Origin: Eledone cirrhosa
Lineage: Eukaryota
Length of the DNA: 64,000 nt
Assembly (NCBI GenBank): GCA_964016885.1
Contig: OZ024740.1
Location: forward strand, 262,942,001 to 263,006,000
Direction of reading: 5' to 3'
This document shows, one piece after another, positions 15,020 to 32,900 of this stretch. The translations under genes were made by a program, and so were the position numbers. The first letter of the stretch is position 1. Every line of letters begins with the position of its first letter. The notes below the pieces were generated by a model. It was given only the letters and a program-made list of their open reading frames with translations. It ran no database searches and had not been told where the DNA came from.

Positions 15020-18000
15020 CAGTAACAACAACAGTAACAACAACAGTAACAACATCAGTAACAACATCAGAAACTAACACCAGTAACAACATCAGTAACA
15101 AGATCAGTAACAACAACAATGACAACAACAGTAACAACAACAGTAACAACATCAGTAACAACAACAGTAAAAACATCAGTAACAACATCAGTTACAACAC
15201 CAGTAACAACATCAGTAACAACAACAGTAACAACAACAGTAACAACAACAGTAACAGCATCAGTAACAACACCAGTAACAACATCAGTAACAACATCAGT
15301 AACAACATCAGTAACTAACACCAGTAACAATACCAGTAACAACATCAGTAACAACACCAGTAACAACACCAGTAACAACATCAGTAACAACATCAGTAAC
15401 TAACACCAGAAACAACAACAGTAACAACATCAGTAACAACATCAGTAACAACATCAGTAACAACATCAGTAACAACAGTAACGACACCAGTAACAACACC
15501 AGTAACAACAACAGTAACGACACCAGTAACAACATCACTAACAACAACCGTAACGACACCAGTAACAACACCAGTAACAACAACAGTAACAACATCAGTA
15601 ACAACATCAGTAACAACAACAGTAACGACACCAGTAACAACATCGGTAACAACACCAGTAACAACACCAGGAACAACAACAGTAACAACACCAGTAACAA
15701 CAACAGTAATAACAACAGTAACAACAACAGTAACAACATCAGTAACAACATCAGTAACAACATCAGTAACAACATCAGTAACTAACACCAGTAACAAATA
15801 ACAGTAACAACACCAGTAACAACACCAGTAACAACACCACTAACAATACCAGTAACAACATCAGTAACATCACCAGTAACAACATCAGTAACAACATCAG
15901 TAACAACATCAGTAACAACAACAGTAACAACAACAGTAACAACACCAGTAACAAATAACAGTAACAACACCAGTAACAACATCAGTAACAACATCAGTAA
16001 CAACATAAGTAACAACATCAGTAACAACACCAGTAACAACACCAGTAACAACAACAGTAACAACACCAGTAACAACAACAGTAACAACAACACTAACAAC
16101 AACAGTAACAACATCAGTAACAACATCAGTAACAACATCAGTAACAACATCAGTAACAACATCAGTAACAACAACAGTAACAACACCAGTAACAACATCA
16201 GTAACAACACCAGTAACAACACCAGTAACAACAACGCTAACAACAACAGTAACAACAACACTAACAACAACTGTAACAACACCAGTAACAACATCAGTAA
16301 CAACATCAGTAACAACATCAGTAAAAACATCAGTAACAACATCAGTAACAACACCAGTAACAACACCAGTAACAACAACAGTAACAACACCAGTAACAAC
16401 AACAGTAACAACAACACTAACAACAACAGTAACAACATCAGTAACAACATCAGTAACAACATCAATTTACAACATCAGTAACAACATTAGTAACAACATA
16501 AGTAACAACAACAGTAACAACATCAGTAACAACAACAGTAACAACAGCAGTAACAACAACAGTAACAACAACAGTAACAACAACAGTAACAACACCAGTA
16601 ACAACAACAATAACAACACCAGTAACAACATCAGTAACAACATCAGTAACAACAACAATAACAACACCACCAACAACATCAGTAACAACAACAGTAACAA
16701 CATCAGTAACAAAATCAGTAACAACCTCAGTAACAACAACAACGACAACAACAGTAACAACAACAGTAACAACATCAGTAACGACATCAGTAACAACATC
16801 AGTAACAACAACAATAACAACAACAGTAACAACAACAGTAACAACATCAGTAACAACATCAGTAACAACATCAGTAACAACATCAGTAACAACATCAGTA
16901 ACAACATTAGTAACAACACCAGTAACAACATCAGTAACAACATCAGTAACAACAACAGTAACAACAACAGTAACAACATCAGTAACAACATCAGAAACTA
17001 ACACCAGTAACAACATCAGTAACAAGATCAGTAACAACAACAATGACAACAACAGTAACAACAACAGTAACAACATCAGTAACAACAACAGTAAAAACAC
17101 CAGTAACAACATCAGTAACAACAACAGTAACAACAACAGTAACAACAACAGTAACAGCATCAGTAACAACACCAGTAACAACATCAGTAACAACATCAGT
17201 AACAACATCAGTAACTAACACCAGTAACAATACCAGTAACAACATCAGTAACAACACCAGTAACAACACCAGTAACAACATCAGTAACAACATCAGTAAC
17301 TAACACCAGAAACAACAACAGTAACAACATCAGTAACAACATCAGTAACAACATCAGTAACAACAGTAACGACACCAGTAACAACACCAGTAACAACAAC
17401 AGTAACGACACCAGGAACAACATCACTAAAAACAACCGTAACGACACCAGTAACAACACCAGTAACAACAACAGTAACAACAACAGTAACAACATCAGTA
17501 ACAACAACAGTAACGACACCAGTAACAACATGGGTAACAACACCAGTAACAACACCAGGAACAACAACAGTAACAACACCAGTAACAACAACAGTAATAA
17601 CAACAGTAACAACAACAGTAACAACATCAGTAACAACATCAGTAACAACACCAGTAACAACACCAGTAACAATACCAGTAACAACATCAGTAACAACAAC
17701 AGTATCAACACCAGTAACAACAACAGTAACAACAACAGTAACAACATCAGTAACAACATCAGTAACAACACCAGTAACAACACCAGTAACAATACCAGTA
17801 ACAACATCAGTAACATCACCAGTAACAACATCAGTAACAACATCAGTAACAACATCAGTAACAACAACAGTAACAACAACAGTAACAACACCAGTAACAA
17901 ATAACAGTAACAACACCAGTAACAACAACAGTAACAACAACACTAACAACAACAGTAACAACATCAGTAACAACATCAGTAACAACAACAGTAACAACAA

Positions 18001-20920
18001 CAGTAACAACATCAGTAACAACATCAGAAACTAACACCAGTAACAACATCAGTAACAAGATCAGTAACAACAACAATGACAACAACAGTAACAACAACAG
18101 TAACAACATCAGTAACAACAACAGTAAAAACATCAGTAACAACATCAGTTACAACACCAGTAACAACATCAGTAACAACAACAGTAACAACAACAGTAAC
18201 AACAACAGTAACAGCATCAGTAACAACACCAGTAACAACATCAGTAACAACATCAGTAACAACATCAGTAACTAACACCAGTAACAATACCAGTAACAAC
18301 ATCAGTAACAACACCAGTAACAACACCAGTAACAACATCAGTAACAACATCAGTAACTAACACCAGAAACAACAACAGTAACAACATCAGTAACAACATC
18401 AGTAACAACATCAGTAACAACATCAGTAACAACAGTAACGACACCAGTAACAACACCAGTAACAACAACAGTAACGACACCAGTAACAACATCACTAACA
18501 ACAACCGTAACGACACCAGTAACAACACCAGTAACAACAACAGTAACAACATCAGTAACAACATCAGTAACAACAACAGTAACGACACCAGTAACAACAT
18601 CGGTAACAACACCAGTAACAACACCAGGAACAACAACAGTAACAACACCAGTAACAACAACAGTAATAACAACAGTAACAACAACAGTAACAACATCAGT
18701 AACAACATCAGTAACAACATCAGTAACTAACACCAGTAACAAATAACAGTAACAACACCAGTAACAACACCAGTAACAACACCAGTAACAATACCAGTAA
18801 CAACATCAGTAACATCACCAGTAACAACATCAGTAACAACATCAGTAACAACATCAGTAACAACAACAGTAACAACAACAGTAACAACACCAGTAACAAA
18901 TAACAGTAACAACACCAGTAACAACATCAGTAACAACATCAGTAACAACATAAGTAACAACATCAGTAACAACACCAGTAACAACACCAGTAACAACAAC
19001 AGTAACAACACCAGTAACAACAACAGTAACAACAACACTAACAACAACAGTAACAACATCAGTAACAACATCAGTAACAACATCAGTAACAACATCAGTA
19101 ACAACATCAGTAACAACAACAGTAACAACACCAGTAACAACATCAGTAACAACACCAGTAACAACACCAGTAACAACAACGCTAACAACAACAGTAACAA
19201 CAACACTAACAACAACTGTAACAACACCAGTAACAACATCAGTAACAACATCAGTAACAACATCAGTAAAAACATCAGTAACAACATCAGTAACAACACC
19301 AGTAACAACACCAGTAACAACAACAGTAACAACACCAGTAACAACAACAGTAACAACAACACTAACAACAACAGTAACAACATCAGTAACAACATCAGTA
19401 ACAACATCAATTTACAACATCAGTAACAACATTAGTAACAACATAAGTAACAACAACAGTAACAACATCAGTAACAACAACAGTAACAACAGCAGTAACA
19501 ACAACAGTAACAACAACAGTAACAACAACAGTAACAACACCAGTAACAACAACAATAACAACACCAGTAACAACATCAGTAACAACATCAGTAACAACAA
19601 CAATAACAACACCACCAACAACATCAGTAACAACAACAGTAACAACATCAGTAACAAAATCAGTAACAACCTCAGTAACAACAACAACGACAACAACAGT
19701 AACAACAACAGTAACAACATCAGTAACGACATCAGTAACAACATCAGTAACAACAACAATAACAACAACAGTAACAACAACAGTAACAACATCAGTAACA
19801 ACATCAGTAACAACATCAGTAACAACATCAGTAACAACATCAGTAACAACATTAGTAACAACACCAGTAACAACATCAGTAACAACATCAGTAACAACAA
19901 CAGTAACAACAACAGTAACAACATCAGTAACAACATCAGAAACTAACACCAGTAACAACATCAGTAACAAGATCAGTAACAACAACAATGACAACAACAG
20001 TAACAACAACAGTAACAACATCAGTAACAACAACAGTAAAAACACCAGTAACAACATCAGTAACAACAACAGTAACAACAACATTAACAACAACAGTAAC
20101 AGCATCAGTAACAACACCAGTAACAACATCAGTAACAACATCAGTAACAACATCAGTAACTAACACCAGTAACAATACCAGTAACAACATCAGTAACAAC
20201 ACCAGTAACAACACCAGTAACAACATCAGTAACAACATCAGTAACTAACACCAGAAACAACAACAGTAACAACATCAGTAACAACATCAGTAACAACATC
20301 AGTAACAACAGTAACGACACCAGTAACAACACCAGTAACAACAACAGTAACGACACCAGGAACAACATCACTAAAAACAACCGTAACGACACCAGTAACA
20401 ACACCAGTAACAACAACAGTAACAACAACAGTAACAACATCAGTAACAACAACAGTAACGACACCAGTAACAACATGGGTAACAACACCAGTAACAACAC
20501 CAGGAACAACAACAGTAACAACACCAGTAACAACAACAGTAATAACAACAGTAACAACAACAGTAACAACATCAGTAACAACATCAGTAACAACACCAGT
20601 AACAACACCAGTAACAATACCAGTAACAACATCAGTAACAACAACAGTATCAACACCAGTAACAACAACAGTAACAACAACAGTAACAACATCAGTAACA
20701 ACATCAGTAACAACACCAGTAACAACACCAGTAACAATACCAGTAACAACATCAGTAACATCACCAGTAACAACATCAGTAACAACATCAGTAACAACAT
20801 CAGTAACAACAACAGTAACAACAACAGTAACAACACCAGTAACAAATAACAGTAACAACACCAGTAACAACAACAGTAACAACAACACTAACAACAACAG
20901 TAACAACATCAGTAACAACA
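15020..20920. repeat. Tandem duplication with ~2945-2957-bp period
   Basis: ORF pairs 15067/18024 and 15308/18265 (2957), and 15782/18727, 16462/19407, 16991/19936 and 17208/20153 (2945). The ATTTAC variant occurs only at 16465 and 19410. Confidence 0.85.
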
Positions 20921-23900
20921 TCAGTAACAACATCAGTAACAACATCAGTAACAACAACAGTAACAACACCAGTAACAACATCAGTAACAACACCAGTAAC
21001 AACACCAGTAACAACAACGCTAACAACAACAGTAACAACAACACTAACAACAACTGTAACAACACCAGTAACAACATCAGTAACAACATCAGTAACAACA
21101 TCAGTAACAACATCAGTAACAACATCAGTAACAACACCAGTAACAACACCAGTAACAACACCAGTAACAACAACGCTAACAACAACAGTAACAACAACAC
21201 TAACAACAACTGTAACAACACCAGAAACAACATCAGTAACAACATCAGTAACAACATCAGTAACAACATCAGTAACAACATCAGTAACAACACCAGTAAC
21301 AACACCAGTAACAACAACAGTAACAACACCAGTAACAACAACAGTAACAACAACACTAACAACAACAGTAACAACATCAGTAACAACAACTGTAACAACA
21401 CCAGTAACAACATCAGTAACAACATCAGTAACAACATCAGTATAAACATCAGTAACAACATCAGTAACAACACCAGTAACAACACCAGTAACAACAACAG
21501 TAACAACACCAGTAACAACAACAGTAACAACAACACTAACAACAACAGTAACAACATCAGTAACAACATCAGTAACAACATCAGTTTACAACATCAGTAA
21601 CAACATTAGTAAAAACATAAGTAACAACAACAGTAACAACATCAGTAACAACAACAGTAACAACAGCAGTAACAACAACAGTAACAACAACAGTAACAAC
21701 AACAGTAACAACACCAGTAACAACAACAATAACAACACCAGTAACAGCATCAGTAACAACATCAGTAACAACAACAATAACAACACCACCAACAACATCA
21801 GTAACAACAACAGTAACAACATCAGTAACAAAATCAGTAACAACCTCAGTAACAACAACAACGACAACAACAGTAACAACAACAGTAACAACATCAGTAA
21901 CGACATCAGTAACAACATCAGTAACAACAACAATAACAACAACAGTAACAACAACAGTAACAACATCAGTAACAACATCAGTAACAACATCAGTAACAAC
22001 ATCAGTAACAACATCAGTAACAACATTAGTAACAACACCAGTAACAACATCAGTAACAACATCAGTAACAACAACAGTAACAACAACAGTAACAACATCA
22101 GTAACAACATCAGAAACTAACACCAGTAACAACATCAGTAACAAGATCAGTAACAACAACAATGACAACAACAGTAACAACAACAGTAACAACATCAGTA
22201 ACAACAACAGTAAAAACATCAGTAACAACATCAGTAACAACACCAGTAACAACATCAGTAACAACAACAGTAACAACAACAGTAACAACAACAGTAACAG
22301 CATCAGTAACAACACCAGTAACAACATCAGTAACAACATCAGTAACAACATCAGTAACTAACACCAGTAACAATACCAGTAACAACATCAGTAACAACAC
22401 CAGTAACAACACCAGTAACAACATCAGTAACAACATCAGTAACTAACACCAGAAACAACAACAGTAACAACATCAGTAACAACATCAGTAACAACATCAG
22501 TAACAACAGTAACGACACCAGTAACAACACCAGTAACAACAACAGTAACGACACCAGGAACAACATCACTAAAAACAACCGTAACGACACCAGTAACAAC
22601 ACCAGTAACAACAACAGTAACAACAACAGTAACAACATCAGTAACAACAACAGTAACGACACCAGTAACAACATGGGTAACAACACCAGTAACAACACCA
22701 GGAACAACAACAGTAACAACACCAGTAACAACAACAGTAATAACAACAGTAACAACAACAGTAACAACATCAGTAACAACATCAGTAACAACACCAGTAA
22801 CAACACCAGTAACAATACCAGTAACAACATCAGTAACAACAACAGTATCAACACCAGTAACAACAACAGTAACAACAACAGTAACAACATCAGTAACAAC
22901 ATCAGTAACAACACCAGTAACAACACCAGTAACAATACCAGTAACAACATCAGTAACATCACCAGTAACAACATCAGTAACAACATCAGTAACAACATCA
23001 GTAACAACAACAGTAACAACAACAGTAACAACACCAGTAACAAATAACAGTAACAACACCAGTAACAACAACAGTAACAACAACACTAACAACAACAGTA
23101 ACAACATCAGTAACAACATCAGTAACAACATCAGTAACAACATCAGTAACAACAACAGTAACAACACCAGTAACAACATCAGTAACAACACCAGTAACAA
23201 CACCAGTAACAACAACGCTAACAACAACAGTAACAACAACACTAACAACAACTGTAACAACACCAGTAACAACATCAGTAACAACATCAGTAACAACATC
23301 AGTAACAACATCAGTAACAACATCAGTAACAACACCAGTAACAACACCAGTAACAACACCAGTAACAACAACGCTAACAACAACAGTAACAACAACACTA
23401 ACAACAACTGTAACAACACCAGTAACAACATCAGTAACAACATCAGTAACAACATCAGTAACAACATCAGTAACAACATCAGTAACAACACCAGTAACAA
23501 CACCAGTAACAACAACAGTAACAACACCAGTAACAACAACAGTAACAACAACACTAACAACAACAGTAACAACATCAGTAACAACATCAGTAACAACATC
23601 AGTTTACAACATCAGTAACAACATTAGTAACAACATAAGTAACAACAACAGTAACAACATCAGTAACAACAACAGTAACAACAGCAGTAACAACAACAGT
23701 AACAACAACAGTAACAACAACAGTAACAACAACAGTAACAACACCAGTAACAACAACAATAACAACACCAGTAACAACATCAGTAACAACATCAGTAACA
23801 ACAACAATAACAACACCACCAACAACATCAGTAACAACAACAGTAACAACATCAGTAACAAAATCAGTAACAGCCTCAGTAACAACAACAACGACAACAA

Positions 23901-26900
23901 CAGTAACAACAACAGTAACAACATCAGTAACGACATCAGTAACAACATCAGTAACAACAACAATAACAACAACAGTAACAACAACAGTAACAACATCAGT
24001 AACAACATCAGTAACAACATCAGTAACAACATCAGTAACAACATTAGTAACAACACCAGTAACAACATCAGTAACAACATCAGTAACAACAACAGTAACA
24101 ACAACAGTAACAACATCAGTAACAACATCAGAAACTAACACCAGTAACAACATCAGTAACAAGATCAGTAACAACAACAATGACAACAACAGTAACAACA
24201 ACAGTAACAACATCAGTAACAACAACAGTAAAAACACCAGTAACAACATCAGTAACAACAACAGTAACAACAACAGTAACAACAACAGTAACAGCATCAG
24301 TAACAACACCAGTAACAACATCAGTAACAACATCAGTAACAACATCAGTAACTAACACCAGTAACAATACCAGTAACAACATCAGTAACAACACCAGTAA
24401 CAACACCAGTAACAACATCAGTAACAACATCAGTAACTAACACCAGAAACAACAACAGTAACAACATCAGTAACAACATCAGTAACAACATCAGTAACAA
24501 CAGTAACGACACCAGTAACAACACCAGTAACAACAACAGTAACGACACCAGGAACAACATCACTAAAAACAACCGTAACGACACCAGTAACAACACCAGT
24601 AACAACAACAGTAACAACAACAGTAACAACATCAGTAACAACAACAGTAACGACACCAGTAACAACATGGGTAACAACACCAGTAACAACACCAGGAACA
24701 ACAACAGTAACAACACCAGTAACAACAACAGTAATAACAACAGTAACAACAACAGTAACAACATCAGTAACAACATCAGTAACAACACCAGTAACAACAC
24801 CAGTAACAATACCAGTAACAACATCAGTAACAACAACAGTATCAACACCAGTAACAACAACAGTAACAACAACAGTAACAACATCAGTAACAACATCAGT
24901 AACAACACCAGTAACAACACCAGTAACAATACCAGTAACAACATCAGTAACATCACCAGTAACAACATCAGTAACAACATCAGTAACAACATCAGTAACA
25001 ACAACAGTAACAACAACAGTAACAACACCAGTAACAAATAACAGTAACAACACCAGTAACAACAACAGTAACAACAACACTAACAACAACAGTAACAACA
25101 TCAGTAACAACATCAGTAACAACATCAGTAACAACATCAGTAACAACAACAGTAACAACACCAGTAACAACATCAGTAACAACACCAGTAACAACACCAG
25201 TAACAACAACGCTAACAACAACAGTAACAACAACACTAACAACAACTGTAACAACACCAGTAACAACATCAGTAACAACATCAGTAACAACATCAGTAAC
25301 AACATCAGTAACAACATCAGTAACAACACCAGTAACAACACCAGTAACAACACCAGTAACAACAACGCTAACAACAACAGTAACAACAACACTAACAACA
25401 ACTGTAACAACACCAGAAACAACATCAGTAACAACATCAGTAACAACATCAGTAACAACATCAGTAACAACATCAGTAACAACACCAGTAACAACACCAG
25501 TAACAACAACAGTAACAACACCAGTAACAACAACAGTAACAACAACACTAACAACAACAGTAACAACATCAGTAACAACAACTGTAACAACACCAGTAAC
25601 AACATCAGTAACAACATCAGTAACAACATCAGTATAAACATCAGTAACAACATCAGTAACAACACCAGTAACAACACCAGTAACAACAACAGTAACAACA
25701 CCAGTAACAACAACAGTAACAACAACACTAACAACAACAGTAACAACATCAGTAACAACATCAGTAACAACATCAGTTTACAACATCAGTAACAACATTA
25801 GTAACAACATAAGTAACAACAACAGTAACAACATCAGTAACAACAACAGTAACAACAGCAGTAACAACAACAGTAACAACAACAGTAACAACAACAGTAA
25901 CAACACCAGTAACAACAACAATAACAACACCAGTAACAACATCAGTAACAACATCAGTAACAACAACAATAACAACACCACCAACAACATCAGTAACAAC
26001 AACAGTAACAACATCAGTAACAACATCAGTAACAACACCAGTAACAACACCAGTAACAATACCAGTAACAACATCAGTAACATCACCAGTAACAACATCA
26101 GTAACAACATCAGTAACAACATCAGTAACAACAACAGTAACAACAACAGTAACAACACCAGTAACAAATAACAGTAACAACACCAGTAACAACAACAGTA
26201 ACAACAACACTAACAACAACAGTAACAACATCAGTAACAACATCAGTAACAACATCAGTAACAACATCAGTAACAACAACAGTAACAACACCAGTAACAA
26301 CATCAGTAACAACACCAGTAACAACACCAGTAACAACAACGCTAACAACAACAGTAACAACAACACTAACAACAACTGTAACAACACCAGTAACAACATC
26401 AGTAACAACATCAGTAACAACATCAGTAACAACATCAGTAACAACATCAGTAACAACACCAGTAACAACACCAGTAACAACACCAGTAACAACAACGCTA
26501 ACAACAACAGTAACAACAACACTAACAACAACTGTAACAACACCAGTAACAACATCAGTAACAACATCAGTAACAACATCAGTAACAACATCAGTAACAA
26601 CATCAGTAACAACACCAGTAACAACACCAGTAACAACAACAGTAACAACACCAGTAACAACAACAGTAACAACAACACTAACAACAACAGTAACAACATC
26701 AGTAACAACATCAGTAACAACATCAGTTTACAACATCAGTAACAACATTAGTAACAACATAAGTAACAACAACAGTAACAACATCAGTAACAACAACAGT
26801 AACAACAGCAGTAACAACAACAGTAACAACAACAGTAACAACAACAGTAACAACAACAGTAACAACACCAGTAACAACAACAATAACAACACCAGTAACA

Positions 26901-29900
26901 ACATCAGTAACAACATCAGTAACAACAACAATAACAACACCACCAACAACATCAGTAACAACAACAGTAACAACATCAGTAACAAAATCAGTAACAGCCT
27001 CAGTAACAACAACAACGACAACAACAGTAACAACAACAGTAACAACATCAGTAACGACATCAGTAACAACATCAGTAACAACAACAATAACAACAACAGT
27101 AACAACAACAGTAACAACATCAGTAACAACATCAGTAACAACATCAGTAACAACATCAGTAACAACATTAGTAACAACACCAGTAACAACATCAGTAACA
27201 ACATCAGTAACAACAACAGTAACAACAACAGTAACAACATCAGTAACAACATCAGAAACTAACACCAGTAACAACATCAGTAACAAGATCAGTAACAACA
27301 ACAATGACAACAACAGTAACAACAACAGTAACAACATCAGTAACAACAACAGTAAAAACACCAGTAACAACATCAGTAACAACAACAGTAACAACAACAG
27401 TAACAACAACAGTAACAGCATCAGTAACAACACCAGTAACAACATCAGTAACAACATCAGTAACAACATCAGTAACTAACACCAGTAACAATACCAGTAA
27501 CAACATCAGTAACAACACCAGTAACAACACCAGTAACAACATCAGTAACAACATCAGTAACTAACACCAGAAACAACAACAGTAACAACATCAGTAACAA
27601 CATCAGTAACAACATCAGTAACAACAGTAACGACACCAGTAACAACACCAGTAACAACAACAGTAACGACACCAGGAACAACATCACTAAAAACAACCGT
27701 AACGACACCAGTAACAACACCAGTAACAACAACAGTAACAACAACAGTAACAACATCAGTAACAACAACAGTAACGACACCAGTAACAACATGGGTAACA
27801 ACACCAGTAACAACACCAGGAACAACAACAGTAACAACACCAGTAACAACAACAGTAATAACAACAGTAACAACAACAGTAACAACATCAGTAACAACAT
27901 CAGTAACAACACCAGTAACAACACCAGTAACAATACCAGTAACAACATCAGTAACAACAACAGTATCAACACCAGTAACAACAACAGTAACAACAACAGT
28001 AACAACATCAGTAACAACATCAGTAACAACACCAGTAACAACACCAGTAACAATACCAGTAACAACATCAGTAACATCACCAGTAACAACATCAGTAACA
28101 ACATCAGTAACAACATCAGTAACAACAACAGTAACAACAACAGTAACAACACCAGTAACAAATAACAGTAACAACACCAGTAACAACAACAGTAACAACA
28201 ACACTAACAACAACAGTAACAACATCAGTAACAACATCAGTAACAACAACAGTAACAACACCAGTAACAACATCAGTAACAACACCAGTAACAACACCAG
28301 TAACAACAACGCTAACAACAACAGTAACAACAACACTAACAACAACTGTAACAACACCAGTAACAACATCAGTAACAACATCAGTAACAACATCAGTAAC
28401 AACATCAGTAACAACATCAGTAACAACACCAGTAACAACACCAGTAACAACACCAGTAACAACAACGCTAACAACAACAGTAACAACAACACTAACAACA
28501 ACTGTAACAACACCAGAAACAACATCAGTAACAACATCAGTAACAACATCAGTAACAACATCAGTAACAACATCAGTAACAACACCAGTAACAACACCAG
28601 TAACAACAACAGTAACAACACCAGTAACAACAACAGTAACAACAACACTAACAACAACAGTAACAACATCAGTAACAACAACTGTAACAACACCAGTAAC
28701 AACATCAGTAACAACATCAGTAACAACATCAGTATAAACATCAGTAACAACATCAGTAACAACACCAGTAACAACACCAGTAACAACAACAGTAACAACA
28801 CCAGTAACAACAACAGTAACAACAACACTAACAACAACAGTAACAACATCAGTAACAACATCAGTAACAACATCAGTTTACAACATCAGTAACAACATTA
28901 GTAACAACATAAGTAACAACAACAGTAACAACATCAGTAACAACAACAGTAACAACAGCAGTAACAACAACAGTAACAACAACAGTAACAACAACAGTAA
29001 CAACACCAGTAACAACAACAATAACAACACCAGTAACAACATCAGTAACAACATCAGTAACAACAACAATAACAACACCACCAACAACATCAGTAACAAC
29101 AACAGTAACAACATCAGTAACAAAATCAGTAACAACCTCAGTAACAACAACAACGACAACAACAGTAACAACAACAGTAACAACATCAGTAACGACATCA
29201 GTAACAACATCAGTAACAACAACAATAACAACAACAGTAACAACAACAGTAACAACATCAGTAACAACATCAGTAACAACATCAGTAACAACATCAGTAA
29301 CAACATCAGTAACAACATTAGTAACAACACCAGTAACAACATCAGTAACAACATCAGTAACAACAACAGTAACAACAACAGTAACAACATCAGTAACAAC
29401 ATCAGAAACTAACACCAGTAACAACATCAGTAACAAGATCAGTAACAACAACAATGACAACAACAGTAACAACAACAGTAACAACATCAGTAACAACAAC
29501 AGTAAAAACATCAGTAACAACATCAGTAACAACACCAGTAACAACATCAGTAACAACAACAGTAACAACAACAGTAACAACAACAGTAACAGCATCAGTA
29601 ACAACACCAGTAACAACATCAGTAACAACATCAGTAACAACATCAGTAACTAACACCAGTAACAATACCAGTAACAACATCAGTAACAACACCAGTAACA
29701 ACACCAGTAACAACATCAGTAACAACATCAGTAACTAACACCAGAAACAACAACAGTAACAACATCAGTAACAACATCAGTAACAACATCAGTAACAACA
29801 GTAACGACACCAGTAACAACACCAGTAACAACAACAGTAACGACACCAGGAACAACATCACTAAAAACAACCGTAACGACACCAGTAACAACACCAGTAA

Positions 29901-32900
29901 CAACAACAGTAACAACAACAGTAACAACATCAGTAACAACAACAGTAACGACACCAGTAACAACATGGGTAACAACACCAGTAACAACACCAGGAACAAC
30001 AACAGTAACAACACCAGTAACAACAACAGTAATAACAACAGTAACAACAACAGTAACAACATCAGTAACAACATCAGTAACAACACCAGTAACAACACCA
30101 GTAACAATACCAGTAACAACATCAGTAACAACAACAGTATCAACACCAGTAACAACAACAGTAACAACAACAGTAACAACATCAGTAACAACATCAGTAA
30201 CAACACCAGTAACAACACCAGTAACAATACCAGTAACAACATCAGTAACATCACCAGTAACAACATCAGTAACAACATCAGTAACAACATCAGTAACAAC
30301 AACAGTAACAACAACAGTAACAACACCAGTAACAAATAACAGTAACAACACCAGTAACAACAACAGTAACAACAACACTAACAACAACAGTAACAACATC
30401 AGTAACAACATCAGTAACAACATCAGTAACAACATCAGTAACAACAACAGTAACAACACCAGTAACAACATCAGTAACAACACCAGTAACAACACCAGTA
30501 ACAACAACGCTAACAACAACAGTAACAACAACACTAACAACAACTGTAACAACACCAGTAACAACATCAGTAACAACATCAGTAACAACATCAGTAACAA
30601 CATCAGTAACAACATCAGTAACAACACCAGTAACAACACCAGTAACAACACCAGTAACAACAACGCTAACAACAACAGTAACAACAACACTAACAACAAC
30701 TGTAACAACACCAGTAACAACATCAGTAACAACATCAGTAACAACATCAGTAACAACATCAGTAACAACATCAGTAACAACACCAGTAACAACACCAGTA
30801 ACAACAACAGTAACAACACCAGTAACAACAACAGTAACAACAACACTAACAACAACAGTAACAACATCAGTAACAACATCAGTAACAACATCAGTTTACA
30901 ACATCAGTAACAACATTAGTAACAACATAAGTAACAACAACAGTAACAACATCAGTAACAACAACAGTAACAACAGCAGTAACAACAACAGTAACAACAA
31001 CAGTAACAACAACAGTAACAACAACAGTAACAACACCAGTAACAACAACAATAACAACACCAGTAACAACATCAGTAACAACATCAGTAACAACAACAAT
31101 AACAACACCACCAACAACATCAGTAACAACAACAGTAACAACATCAGTAACAAAATCAGTAACAGCCTCAGTAACAACAACAACGACAACAACAGTAACA
31201 ACAACAGTAACAACATCAGTAACGACATCAGTAACAACATCAGTAACAACAACAATAACAACAACAGTAACAACAACAGTAACAACATCAGTAACAACAT
31301 CAGTAACAACATCAGTAACAACATCAGTAACAACATTAGTAACAACACCAGTAACAACATCAGTTACAACATCAGTAACAACAACAGTAACAACAACAGT
31401 AACAACATCAGTAACAACATCAGAAACTAACACCAGTAACAACATCAGTAACAAGATCAGTAACAACAACAATGACAACAACAGTAACAACAACAGTAAC
31501 AATATCAGTAACAACAACAGTAAAAACACCAGTAACAACATCAGTAACAACAACAGTAACAACAACAGTAACAACAACAGTAACAGCATCAGTAACAACA
31601 CCAGTAACAACATCAGTAACAACATCAGTAACAACATCAGTAACTAACACCAGTAACAATACCAGTAACAACATCAGTAACAACACCAGTAACAACACCA
31701 GTAACAACATCAGTAACAACATCAGTAACTAACACCAGAAACAACAACAGTAACAACATCAGTAACAACATCAGTAACAACATCAGTAACAACAGTAACG
31801 ACACCAGTAACAACACCAGTAACAACAACAGTAACGACACCAGGAACAACATCACTAAAAACAACCGTAACGACACCAGTAACAACACCAGTAACAACAA
31901 CAGTAACAACAACAGTAACAACATCAGTAACAACAACAGTAACGACACCAGTAACAACATGGGTAACAACACCAGTAACAACACCAGGAACAACAACAGT
32001 AACAACACCAGTAACAACAACAGTAATAACAACAGTAACAACAACAGTAACAACATCAGTAACAACATCAGTAACAACACCAGTAACAACACCAGTAACA
32101 ATACCAGTAACAACATCAGTAACAACAACAGTATCAACACCAGTAACAACAACAGTAACAACAACAGTAACAACATCAGTAACAACATCAGTAACAACAC
32201 CAGTAACAACACCAGTAACAATACCAGTAACAACATCAGTAACATCACCAGTAACAACATCAGTAACAACATCAGTAACAACATCAGTAACAACAACAGT
32301 AACAACAACAGTAACAACACCAGTAACAAATAACAGTAACAACACCAGTAACAACAACAGTAACAACAACACTAACAACAACAGTAACAACATCAGTAAC
32401 AACATCAGTAACAACATCAGTAACAACATCAGTAACAACAACAGTAACAACACCAGTAACAACATCAGTAACAACACCAGTAACAACACCAGTAACAACA
32501 ACGCTAACAACAACAGTAACAACAACACTAACAACAACTGTAACAACACCAGTAACAACATCAGTAACAACATCAGTAACAACATCAGTAACAACATCAG
32601 TAACAACATCAGTAACAACACCAGTAACAACACCAGTAACAACACCAGTAACAACAACGCTAACAACAACAGTAACAACAACACTAACAACAACTGTAAC
32701 AACACCAGAAACAACATCAGTAACAACATCAGTAACAACATCAGTAACAACATCAGTAACAACATCAGTAACAACACCAGTAACAACACCAGTAACAACA
32801 ACAGTAACAACACCAGTAACAACAACAGTAACAACAACACTAACAACAACAGTAACAACATCAGTAACAACAACTGTAACAACACCAGTAACAACATCAG

